DNA of 64,000 nucleotides from Terriglobales bacterium (GTDB taxonomy: Bacteria; Acidobacteriota; Terriglobia; Terriglobales; SCQP01). Positions 52,060 to 60,540 of this stretch are shown one piece after another. The stretch is from assembly GCA_025451775.1 (NCBI GenBank), contig JANWJU010000157.1:635-64634 (forward strand), given 5' to 3'. The position numbers and the translations under genes are program-made. Within the stretch, counting starts at the first letter, position 1. Each line of letters opens with the position of its first letter. The notes beneath the pieces were generated by a model. The model did not search any database and was not told the origin of the DNA. It worked only from the letters and a program-made list of their open reading frames with translations.

Positions 52060-53820
52060 GTGGACAACGATGCTCAATCGGTCGCCGAAGCCCGCGAGTT
52101 GATCGAGCGGGCCTACGCCGCTTGGCTGCAGTACCGGAGCTTCTCCCAAGCGCAGGTGGACGCCATCGTGGACGCCATGGCCGCCGCCGCCACCGCCAAC
52201 GCCGAACGCCTGGCGATCATGGCGGTGGACGAGACCACCTACGGCAAGGTGGCCGACAAAGTCCGCAAGAACCGCTTCGCCTCCGAGCGCGTCTACGGCG
52301 CCATCCGCTCCATGCGCACCGTGGGCGTGCTGCGCGAGCATGCCGCCCAGGGCATCATCGAGATGGGCGAGCCGGTCGGTGTCGTGGCCGCCGTCCTGCC
52401 CTGCACCAACCCCACCTCCACGGCCATCTATAAAATCCTGATCGCGCTCAAGGCCGGCAACGCCATCGTGCTCAGCCCCCATCCGGCGGCCATGCGCTGC
52501 ATCTGTGAGACCGTGGGCCTGATGCGTCAGGCGGCGCTCGCGCACGGCGCTCCCGACGGCCTCATTGGCTGCTTCTCCACCCCCACCCGCGCCGGCACCG
52601 CCGAGTTGATGAGCCACAAGCGCACCAGCGTCATCCTCGCCACCGGCGGCATGGGAATCGTGCGCGCCGCTTATAGCTCGGGCAAACCTGCCTTCGGCGT
52701 TGGTCCCGGCAATGTGCCCGCCTTCATCGACCGTTCCGCCCATCTGGAGAAGGCGGTCGCCGATGTGGTCTTTGGCAAGAGCTTCGATTGGGGGACCATC
52801 TGCAGCTCCGAGCAGGCGCTGGTCGCCGAGCGCGAGCTGCGAACGCCCATCCTCGATCAGCTGCGCGCCCAGCAGGCGTATCTGATGAACGCCCAGGAGA
52901 CCGAGCGCTTGTCGCGCCTGCTGATCCAGGGCGAGCACTTCACCGTCAACCCCAAGTGCGTGGGCCAGTCGCCGCAGACGCTGGCGGCGCTCGCCGGGTT
53001 TGGCGATCGCGTCCCCGCGGCCGCGCGCATCCTGGCCGCCGAGCTGGACGGCATGGGCAGACAGTTCCCGCTCTCGGCGGAAAAACTCTCCCCCGTGCTG
53101 GCGCTGTTTTTCATGCCCGATCGGGATGCCGCCCTGCGCCGCTGCTCCGACCTGCTGCACTTCGGCGGCCTGGGCCACACCTGCGTGATCCATGCCCAGG
53201 ACGACGCCGTGATCCGCGAGTATGGACGCCTCATGCCGGCGTTCCGCGTGGTCGTCAACAGCCCCGCGCCTCTCGGCTCCATCGGCGCCACCACCAACTT
53301 GTTTCCCGCCATGACCCTGGGTTGCGGCGCCCGCGGCGGCAACATCACCAGCGACAACATCGGCCCCCAACACTTGATGAACATCAAGCGCATCGCTTGG
53401 GAGCTCGCCGGGGAGCGGCCCGAAGTCACCGCTGCCGAGGCTGTGCCCTTCGCCTCCCCTGCCTCCGCGACCGCGACCCCCGCCTGCGCCTGCCAGCATG
53501 CGGCTCAGAAGGCAGCGCCGCCCGCTTTGGCCGCGCTTGGCAGCGAAACCACCGAGACGATCGAGCAGATGGTCGAGCGCGTGCTCGCCGCGCGCGGCAT
53601 CCGCCCCCGCCTCAGCACCGCCCCCGCGCCTTCTCCTGCTCCAGAATTCCTGCCCCCGCCGCTGCCGCCCAAGCCCGCGCCCGCCGCCTTCCTCTGTGAG
53701 GCGGACGTGCGCGACGCACTGGCGCAAGGACGCAAGATCACCATTGGTCCGCGCACCATCCTGACTCCATCGGCTCGGGATCTGGGCCGCGAGCGGGACG
53801 TTTTCGAGACCACCGCCTAG
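52060..53820 (+). CDS. CoA-acylating aldehyde dehydrogenase (EutE/PduP/AdhE-N type) with 136-aa C-terminal extension
   Basis: 586 aa, GTG start 27 nt after the BMC-H stop. Motifs: ...[18 protein letters not shown]...[29 protein letters not shown]...[11 protein letters not shown] (catalytic Cys)...[12 protein letters not shown]... The extension holds an amphipathic [16 protein letters not shown] segment. Confidence 0.92.
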   Translation: MDNDAQSVAEARELIERAYAAWLQYRSFSQAQVDAIVDAMAAAATANAERLAIMAVDETTYGKVADKVRKNRFASERVYGAIRSMRTVGVLREHAAQGIIEMGEPVGVVAAVLPCTNPTSTAIYKILIALKAGNAIVLSPHPAAMRCICETVGLMRQAALAHGAPDGLIGCFSTPTRAGTAELMSHKRTSVILATGGMGIVRAAYSSGKPAFGVGPGNVPAFIDRSAHLEKAVADVVFGKSFDWGTICSSEQALVAERELRTPILDQLRAQQAYLMNAQETERLSRLLIQGEHFTVNPKCVGQSPQTLAALAGFGDRVPAAARILAAELDGMGRQFPLSAEKLSPVLALFFMPDRDAALRRCSDLLHFGGLGHTCVIHAQDDAVIREYGRLMPAFRVVVNSPAPLGSIGATTNLFPAMTLGCGARGGNITSDNIGPQHLMNIKRIAWELAGERPEVTAAEAVPFASPASATATPACACQHAAQKAAPPALAALGSETTETIEQMVERVLAARGIRPRLSTAPAPSPAPEFLPPPLPPKPAPAAFLCEADVRDALAQGRKITIGPRTILTPSARDLGRERDVFETTA

Positions 53821-53844
53821 CCGCCCGCCAGCATCTCACCGGCG

Positions 53845-54015
53845 ATGCCGGATGCCGCCCGCCCCATCTGCCCGAAGTGCCACCTCCCCATCCGGGAAGG
53901 CGAGGCCAAAGTCTTTTATGAAGGCAAGTCTTACCATCGCCACTGTGCTCCCCCGGCCGGGAGCGCTGGCGACCCCGACGACCCCTATAGCGATTCCACG
54001 CCCATCAGCATCTAA
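53845..54015 (+). CDS. possible small zinc-ribbon-like protein (56 aa)
   Basis: Too short for the ORF track. Manual translation from ATG 53845 gives MPDAARPICPKCHLPIREGEAKVFYEGKSYHRHCAPPAGSAGDPDDPYSDSTPISI, with TAA at 54013-54015. It has a CxxC...HxxC arrangement. The gene is only weakly supported. Confidence 0.35.
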   Translation: MPDAARPICPKCHLPIREGEAKVFYEGKSYHRHCAPPAGSAGDPDDPYSDSTPISI

Positions 54016-54047
54016 GGATCGCGGGCACCCGGCTATCGCCGGTTCTT

Positions 54048-54130
54048 TTGGAGGCAGCTTGAAAGCGCCGCTCGTCGCCCGCCCATAAGCGACCATCGGG
54101 AGCGACCCAGCGAAAATTGGCGAGCCACCC
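54048..54130 (+). repeat. dispersed intergenic repeat, copy D (internally deleted)
   Basis: TTGGAGGCAGCTTGAAAGCGCCGCTCGTCGCCCGCCCATAAGCGACCATCGGGAGCGACCCAGCGAAAATTGGCGAGCCACCC. Confidence 0.85.
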
Positions 54131-54239
54131 GCGTGCAGCGCACGCGGTCCGAGTTCGGCACAGATGATTTTATTACCGCCGCGCCGGCCGTCTCCGGTAA
54201 TGGGCGCCGAGGTTGCGCCGAGGCTGAATGTGCGGCGCC

Positions 54240-56741
54240 TCAGCAGCAGGCGGCGCGCAGCGCAGCGGCAAGCTGCGCCTGCATCTCGCCGCTCAGCGGC
54301 CGGTTCTGCTGGGCGACGTAGAAAACGTCCTGGGCGCGTCCGCCCTGGGTGTCGATCAGCACCACCTGGATGTCGCAGCCGGCGCTGGAGAACGCCGAGG
54401 CCAAGCTATAAAGCAGGCCGGGACGATCCTCGGCGTGGATTTCGACCATGGTGGTGGGGCTGGACGGGACGTCCTCGAAGCGGATTTCGGGTTGGGCGCG
54501 GCGGGCCGCTGCCGCCGCCGGCGCTGGACGCATGAGCTTGCGCGCGTCGGTGCGCCCGAGCGCAACCCGGCGGAACAAGTCGGTGAGGCGATCCGCCTCG
54601 GCGGGATTGTTGCCCAGCATGCGGTTGGGGTCGGCGAAAACAAACGTGTCGAGAATCACGCCTTCGCGGTTGGCGTAAGCCTCGGCTTTGAGGATATTCA
54701 TGCCGAAGCTGGCCAAGGCACCGGCAAAGGAGGCAAACAGTCCATTGCGGTCGGGCGCGATCACGGTCAGACGGAAAGCGGAGAGCGTTGCCTCGAGTTG
54801 GACGGCGACACCTGCCGCACCCGCACTGGCCTCCAGCCGGGCATGCGCTTCCAATTCGGTGCGGGTGTGGGAGTGGAGGTAACGGGCCGGGAAGCCGCGC
54901 ACGAACTCGGGCCGGCCTGGCAGTCCAGCCGGCACTTGCTCGATGCGGTCCGCCTCCAGACCCTGGGTGAGCACCGAGCGTGCGCCGCGATAGGCGTGGT
55001 CGAGTTGTTCCAGCCGCCAAGCGGACCGGGATTCCTCGTCCGCTGCCGCGACTTGGCTGTAGGTGAGCAGGACCAGCATCCGGAGCTGCTCGATGGTGCT
55101 GGCCACGGCCGCCAGTTGGCGGGCCTGTTCGCCATCGCCCAAGTCACGCGTTCCCAGCGCCGCTTCCAGTTGCTGGCGGTGCTGGAGCAGAAATTCGATG
55201 CGGGCACGGGCGTCGGCGGATGGGCCCATCGCATCCAGCGCGCGCTGGATCGAGGCCGCGTGTGGCATCGCCTGCAGCAGGACGGCAGCGCTCAGTTCGG
55301 CGCCGTTGCCGGCTTCGGCCAACAAGATAGCGAAGCGCAGGCGCAAGGGGTCGGCCTCAGCGCGCAAGGGACCGCGCAAACGGGTCAGCGCGGCGAAGCT
55401 GCGCAGTGTCTGCTCATCGGCGGTGAAACGCTGCTCCGGTGCGCCCGCCAGCCCCTCGATCGCCTCCCAGCCGGGCAGCAGCACCGTGAGCAGTGCGATC
55501 TCCTCCAGGGCACGCAGCGCCGCGTCGGCATGGGGTAGTGGCAGCAACTCGGCCAGGGCGGCCCAGCGGGCGCCGGGGCGGGAGCAATATTCCTCCAGTG
55601 TGGCGCGCGCGCTGGCCAGCCGTGCCGCCGTGTCAGCGGCGAGTCCGACGCCGTGGCGCGCGACAAAGGTCAACAACTCCATGAGCCGCTCCGGCTCAGC
55701 CCCGAATTGGGCGGGATGGCGCAAATAGAGCCGATCCTGGACCACCGTGAATTCGGCGTTGGAAAGGCCACTACGATAGTCGTGGTAGGCGCCCAATAGC
55801 GATCCGCCCGCCCGCTCTGCCGCTTCCAACTCGGGCCGCAGCGCGCGCAGCACGGTGCGCGCCGCGGCTGAATAGCCGCGTCGCCATCGCTGCATCTCGG
55901 CCTGGGCCTCGCGCTCGATTTCAAACTCGGCCTCGGGCTCGGCCGCGCCATCCCCGGCTGCAGTGAACGGTGGACGCGCCAGCGCCGCCTGGGCGCGGCT
56001 ATCCACCCGGTTCTCGTCGCGGCCGGCGGTAAAGTGCATATAGCAGCGCACGGTGTTGAGCATCCGCTCCGCGCCGGCTACGCTGGCGGGGGCATCGCGG
56101 CCGCCGATCCGGTGCAGCAGGCGCAGGGCATGCACGTCCATGAGCCCGCCGGGGCCATGCTTGACGTCAGGCACCACGTGATGGGAAGTAAGCTGAAATC
56201 GTTGGTGGCGCGCGCGCACCGCCTGCGTCAATTCCTGGCGCAGCCGCCCGCCCTCCCGCGTTAGGAATCGGGGCAGATCCTCTTCCAACCGCGCCAGCCG
56301 GCTGGCGTCGCCGCCCAGCAGGCGGCGGTCGAGCAGTCCCAAGCACACCTGCACGTTATCGTTGCGGGCCCCCAGCGCGGTGTCGAGGGTACGGACGGCG
56401 CAGTTCAACTGCAAGCCTCGATCCCAGAGGTGCTGGACGAAGGCTGCCATGGGGGCTTTGAGCCCCTCCAACTCGGCCTCGCTGGAGCACAGCAGCAGCA
56501 GGTCGGCGCTGGAAAAGGGAAGGGTCAAGCCCCGGGCGTAGGCGCCCAGCGCCACCAGCGTGGCCGGTGCGCCGGGCGCACCCATGGCGGCCGCGAACGC
56601 CTCGGCGACGATGGCATCGGTCGCCGCCGTCAGTGCTGCATGCACCGGCGCCGGCTCGCCGGTGCGATAAAATTCCGCGCGTGCCGCCGCCCAGGCGGGT
56701 GAGGCCTGCAATGATGGCGCCGGATTGGAGCTGTTGGTCAT
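54240..56741 (-). CDS. glnD: bifunctional [protein-PII] uridylyltransferase/uridylyl-removing enzyme
   Basis: 833 aa. It has an N-terminal nucleotidyltransferase region, a central HD region and two C-terminal ACT domains (...VIAPDRNGLFASFAGALASFGMNILKAEAY... and ...IHAEDRPGLLYSLASAFSSAGCDIQVVLIDT...). Confidence 0.9.
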   Translation of the reverse strand: MTNSSNPAPSLQASPAWAAARAEFYRTGEPAPVHAALTAATDAIVAEAFAAAMGAPGAPATLVALGAYARGLTLPFSSADLLLLCSSEAELEGLKAPMAAFVQHLWDRGLQLNCAVRTLDTALGARNDNVQVCLGLLDRRLLGGDASRLARLEEDLPRFLTREGGRLRQELTQAVRARHQRFQLTSHHVVPDVKHGPGGLMDVHALRLLHRIGGRDAPASVAGAERMLNTVRCYMHFTAGRDENRVDSRAQAALARPPFTAAGDGAAEPEAEFEIEREAQAEMQRWRRGYSAAARTVLRALRPELEAAERAGGSLLGAYHDYRSGLSNAEFTVVQDRLYLRHPAQFGAEPERLMELLTFVARHGVGLAADTAARLASARATLEEYCSRPGARWAALAELLPLPHADAALRALEEIALLTVLLPGWEAIEGLAGAPEQRFTADEQTLRSFAALTRLRGPLRAEADPLRLRFAILLAEAGNGAELSAAVLLQAMPHAASIQRALDAMGPSADARARIEFLLQHRQQLEAALGTRDLGDGEQARQLAAVASTIEQLRMLVLLTYSQVAAADEESRSAWRLEQLDHAYRGARSVLTQGLEADRIEQVPAGLPGRPEFVRGFPARYLHSHTRTELEAHARLEASAGAAGVAVQLEATLSAFRLTVIAPDRNGLFASFAGALASFGMNILKAEAYANREGVILDTFVFADPNRMLGNNPAEADRLTDLFRRVALGRTDARKLMRPAPAAAAARRAQPEIRFEDVPSSPTTMVEIHAEDRPGLLYSLASAFSSAGCDIQVVLIDTQGGRAQDVFYVAQQNRPLSGEMQAQLAAALRAACC

Positions 56742-56849
56742 GGGCGCGGGCGGGGCCTGGTATGGGGTGCACTCCGCCTTAATTATCGCGGCACCGGCAG
56801 CGGCGCGCGCGCGATGATAACGGCCATCGAAATTATCTATCTACATCAT

Positions 56850-57830
56850 TTACCTACCGGTGCGGGCGACCAGGTACAGCAGGCCGAAAACCACCACCGG
56901 AATCGCCACCAGCATCGCGTAGAACAGCAAGCGCCGCAGCCAGGGGGTTTTGCGCCGCCGCCACTCACTCAACTCGGCGCGTGCGGCCGGCTGCACTTGG
57001 TCGAGATGTTCCAGGTCCCAGGCCATCTCGGCGGCGGTCGAGTACCGGTTTTGCGGCTCCCGCTCCAGGGCCCGGTAAATGACCTCCTGCAGCGCCAGGG
57101 AGATCCCGGGATGATGTTCGCGCGGCGGTGTGGGATGGTTGACCAGCCGATCGTTCATGATGGCGAATGGGTTGCTGCCGGTAAACGGCGTGGTGCCGGT
57201 GAGCATTTCGTACAGGATGATGCCCAACGCATAAATGTCGCTGCGGCCGTCGCCGCGTTTGCCCCGCACCTGCTCGGGAGCGATGTAGTCGGGCGTGCCC
57301 ACCACCTGGGACAGCTTGCCAAAGGTCAGGCGCCGCGCCCCCAGCTTGCCGGCCACGCCGAAATCGATGAGCTTGACCGTGGATCCGGCCGCATCCGTCA
57401 GGATCATGATGTTCTCGGGCTTCAGGTCCCGGTGCACCACCCCATTGCGGTGGATGTAGTCGAGTGCGTCGGCGATGGCGATGACCAAGGGGATGGCCTG
57501 CTCGGCGGGCAGGCGTGTCCGCTCCTGCAGCAGCGAGCGCAGCAGCCGCCCCTCCACCCATTCCATGACCATGTACACCCGGCTGCGTCCGGGGTTGGGG
57601 TAGACCTTCATGACCCCGGGGTGATCGAGCTTTTCTCCGATTTCTTCCTCACGCTGGAAGCGGTCGAAGAATACCGGATCGGATTCCATCTGCGGATGGG
57701 GAATCTTGATCGCCACGGCCCGCCCGTCGCGGGTGTCGGTGGCGCGATAGATGGAGGCCATGCCGCTGCGCGCCACCAAGGCCTCGATGCGGTAGCGGTC
57801 GAGTTGATCGCCCTCTTGCAGGGAAGTCAT
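56850..57830 (-). CDS. Hanks-type serine/threonine protein kinase with C-terminal TM anchor
   Basis: 326 aa. Motifs: ...AVAIKIP...HRDLKPENIM...DFGVAG...GTPDYIAPEQ... The protein ends in a hydrophobic helix, LLFYAMLVAIPVVVFGLLYLV. Confidence 0.92.
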   Translation of the reverse strand: MTSLQEGDQLDRYRIEALVARSGMASIYRATDTRDGRAVAIKIPHPQMESDPVFFDRFQREEEIGEKLDHPGVMKVYPNPGRSRVYMVMEWVEGRLLRSLLQERTRLPAEQAIPLVIAIADALDYIHRNGVVHRDLKPENIMILTDAAGSTVKLIDFGVAGKLGARRLTFGKLSQVVGTPDYIAPEQVRGKRGDGRSDIYALGIILYEMLTGTTPFTGSNPFAIMNDRLVNHPTPPREHHPGISLALQEVIYRALEREPQNRYSTAAEMAWDLEHLDQVQPAARAELSEWRRRKTPWLRRLLFYAMLVAIPVVVFGLLYLVARTGR

Positions 57831-57870
57831 GGATCGCGGGCCGGTGCCCCGGGACCGGGTGCCGCCGGAC

Positions 57871-58626
57871 TTAGGCGCCGCTGGCCTCGGGAATGCGGAC
57901 CAGAACGAGGCTTATGTTATCACTGCCGTCCCGTGCCTCGGCCAGGGCGACCAGCGCTTGCGCCGCCTGCTCGAGGCCGGGGCCTTGGGCCAGGCAGCGC
58001 GCCAGTTCACCGGCGCTGACCGAGCCGTGCAGGCCGTCGCTGGTGAGCGCCAGCACGTCACCCGGCTCGAGTTCGAGCCGGCGCAGCGCCACGGTGAGGA
58101 ACAGATCCGCGCCCAAGGCCCGTTCCAGCCGGGGGGGCGCGGCGGGCCGCCACGGCCGCCAGCTTCCCCCCCGGCGCAGGTGGTCGCGCGTTAACGCCCG
58201 CGCCCGTCCATCGCGCACCAGATAGCAGCGCGAGTCGCCAGCGTGCGCGATCACGGCCTCCCCCCCCCAGATGCAGCAGGCCACCAGCGTGGTCGCCATG
58301 CGCCCCTGGCCGAGATCGAAGACGTGGTGGTTGGCCTCGCGCACCAGCCGCCCCAGGCGCGCCCGCGGCGCCTCCTCCCCTCCACGCGCCGCGGGCGCGA
58401 CAAACTGGCGCAGCAGATATTCGACCGCGGCGCGGGCCGCCACCTCCCCATCGGCTGCGCCGCCCACGCCGTCGGCTAAGGCAAACAGCCATCCCCGCCC
58501 GCGCGGGCCCGCGCATGCGGCCCAACCCAGATAGTCCTCATTGTTGGGCCGTACCGGCCCCGTGATCGAACGTTGGGCGCTGTCGAGCGCGGGCGCCGTG
58601 GTGGGGAGCGTTGGGAGCGGCAGCAT
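57871..58626 (-). CDS. PP2C-family serine/threonine phosphatase
   Basis: 251 aa. ...RPNNEDY...LFALADGVGG...HAGDSRCYLV...LTSDGLH...DGSDNISLVLV... are the PPM motifs. Confidence 0.9.
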   Translation of the reverse strand: MLPLPTLPTTAPALDSAQRSITGPVRPNNEDYLGWAACAGPRGRGWLFALADGVGGAADGEVAARAAVEYLLRQFVAPAARGGEEAPRARLGRLVREANHHVFDLGQGRMATTLVACCIWGGEAVIAHAGDSRCYLVRDGRARALTRDHLRRGGSWRPWRPAAPPRLERALGADLFLTVALRRLELEPGDVLALTSDGLHGSVSAGELARCLAQGPGLEQAAQALVALAEARDGSDNISLVLVRIPEASGA

Positions 58627-58630
58627 GCCG

Positions 58631-60472
58631 CTACCCTATTTCGCCCATGCTGGCGCGGGTGGTGATCAGGGTTGTCCGGCCTTTTTTCTTGCTTTGCCGG
58701 ACGAAATAGATGCCGCCATAAATGCCCCACACGATGGCGATGCCCAGCGCCGCCAGCGGTTCCAGTTTGGTGCCGTAGCCCATAAAGGGCCCGATCAGGT
58801 AAAAGGCCATGCACACCAGGTTGGCGATCAACCCGAACAGCGGGATGAGGAAGTGCTTCACGACGCTGAATTTCGGATGGCGGTAGAAGGCGACGATGCA
58901 AATGACGCAACTGAGCGCGTACAACAGAAAGGTCCCGAAGTTCGACGCCAGCGTGATGGTCAGCAGCGAGTTGGGCGTCGCCGCCATGTGCGCCGGCGAC
59001 AAGTACCCGAAGCTGGACCAGAAGCCCTGCGGCAGGCTCTTAAGCGTGGCCGCGCTGAGCGCCCCGGCATCGCCGAACAGGTTCGATACGGTGAGGCAGC
59101 CCAGCACCGCCGAGATGCCCGCCAGCGTCCATATGGCCCGGTGCGGGGTTAGATTTTTCTCGTGCAGCAGGCCGAAGTGGGAGCCAAGTTCGTCGTCCTT
59201 GCCCATGGCGTAGGTCACGCGGGCACCCGTGTTGATGCACGACAGCGTGGTGCCGATGATCGCCAGAAACACGGTGAACGCCTCGATCAGCATGAACAGA
59301 TGGCCCCGGCCTGGTCCGAAAATGGCGTTGCCAACCACCACCATCATGTCCCCAATCGGCGCCGCTGACCCGATCGCACTTTGCATCGAGTAGCCGCTAT
59401 TGAGAAAATAATTGGCGGCGAAGTACTCGATCAGGTAACAGAATGCACCCTGGACCACCAACGACGTGATGACCGCGATGGGGATGTGCCGCTTCGGATC
59501 GAGCGCCTCGGCTCCCATGGCGGTCACCGATTCAAACCCCACCAGGATGAGAATGGCGATCGTCGCCTGCACGAATACCCAGCCGAAGTTGTGGATCCCG
59601 ATCACCGACATCGCCGACGGGTGCGACAAAAAGGCGCCGCTGGCATCGGTCTTGGGATAGCTGATCCGGAACGGCACGGGCTGGCCGGCCGCGTTCAGCT
59701 GGGGAAGAGGGACGCCGCGCGCGTCGCGCAGCACAACGATACTGGCCGCTGGGGCCCCCGCTGAATTCGCCGCCTGCCCCACCGCCGCCGGCTGCGTCTG
59801 GGTGGCGAACTGGTAGGTATAGGCGTTCCCGGAAACCGCGTCGAACTGGTAGGCGATGCTGCCCGGCGGGTGGTCGGCGCGGTACATCAGCGCGAACACG
59901 GTAAAGATGAGCAGGGCTGTGATCTGGACCACGTTGATGGCGATGGCCACGCCGGTGGACCCGTTGACGCCGCGATGGGCGATATAGGCAACGAAAAACG
60001 AGAACACGATGGCCACCAGCATCATGAACATCGGCCCCGGATTGGAAGCGCTCATGGCGTGGGGAAACAGCGTGCCCATCAAGTAGCCGCAGAGCACGCC
60101 CATCACGCCCATCATCACGCCGGGGTAGATCCAGTAGTACAAGTGGGAGCCCCAACCCACGATGAACTTGGATATGCGGGCGTAGCGCCACGTCTTGTCG
60201 TGCCGCAGAAAGGCCTGCTCAGCAAAAAAATAGGAGCTGCCCGGCCCGGGGTAGAGCTTCGCCAGTTCGGCGTAGCAGGAGGCCGTGGCCAGGCACAAAA
60301 GCAGCGCCAGCAGGATGCCGGCCCACATCGCCGGCCCGGTGGCGCCGGCCGAGCCCTGCGCCACGAAAGTCAGCCAGAGAAACGCCCCCGGCGCAATCAG
60401 CGCCATGGCGTTCATGGTCAGCCCGGTTAACCCGAGCGTCGGTTTCATCGTTGCTTCTGAATTCGAGGCCAT
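58631..60472 (-). CDS. APC-superfamily amino acid/polyamine permease with large extracytoplasmic insertion
   Basis: The Met at 60472 (MASNSEATMKPTLGLTGLTMNAMALIAPGAFLW...) is preferred; the ORF-track N-terminus to 60673 overlaps the porin gene. 613 aa, multi-TM. Confidence 0.8.
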   Translation of the reverse strand: MASNSEATMKPTLGLTGLTMNAMALIAPGAFLWLTFVAQGSAGATGPAMWAGILLALLLCLATASCYAELAKLYPGPGSSYFFAEQAFLRHDKTWRYARISKFIVGWGSHLYYWIYPGVMMGVMGVLCGYLMGTLFPHAMSASNPGPMFMMLVAIVFSFFVAYIAHRGVNGSTGVAIAINVVQITALLIFTVFALMYRADHPPGSIAYQFDAVSGNAYTYQFATQTQPAAVGQAANSAGAPAASIVVLRDARGVPLPQLNAAGQPVPFRISYPKTDASGAFLSHPSAMSVIGIHNFGWVFVQATIAILILVGFESVTAMGAEALDPKRHIPIAVITSLVVQGAFCYLIEYFAANYFLNSGYSMQSAIGSAAPIGDMMVVVGNAIFGPGRGHLFMLIEAFTVFLAIIGTTLSCINTGARVTYAMGKDDELGSHFGLLHEKNLTPHRAIWTLAGISAVLGCLTVSNLFGDAGALSAATLKSLPQGFWSSFGYLSPAHMAATPNSLLTITLASNFGTFLLYALSCVICIVAFYRHPKFSVVKHFLIPLFGLIANLVCMAFYLIGPFMGYGTKLEPLAALGIAIVWGIYGGIYFVRQSKKKGRTTLITTRASMGEIG

Positions 60473-60540
60473 CTTAGGCCCTCCTTTCACAGTCGTGGTG
60501 AACGTTGCCAAACCCGGCGCGGGCCGGGACTTACTCCCGG

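Noticed and set aside
51688-53727. 679-aa minus-strand ORF covering the BMC-H and AldDH genes.
   Set aside because: Its sequence is Gly/Ala/Arg/His-rich junk. The plus-strand BMC and AldDH translations are textbook, so the antisense frame is a shadow.
50603-54240. Search for a BMC-P (EutN/CcmL) pentamer, BMC-T, PduL/Pta or an alcohol dehydrogenase next to the BMC-H/AldDH pair.
   Set aside because: None of the flanking ORFs in any frame shows the relevant motifs, so I do not claim a complete BMC locus in this window.
54228-58019. Plus-strand ORFs (436 aa and 401 aa) opposite glnD and the Ser/Thr kinase.
   Set aside because: They are shadow ORFs, and the minus-strand products carry complete catalytic motifs.
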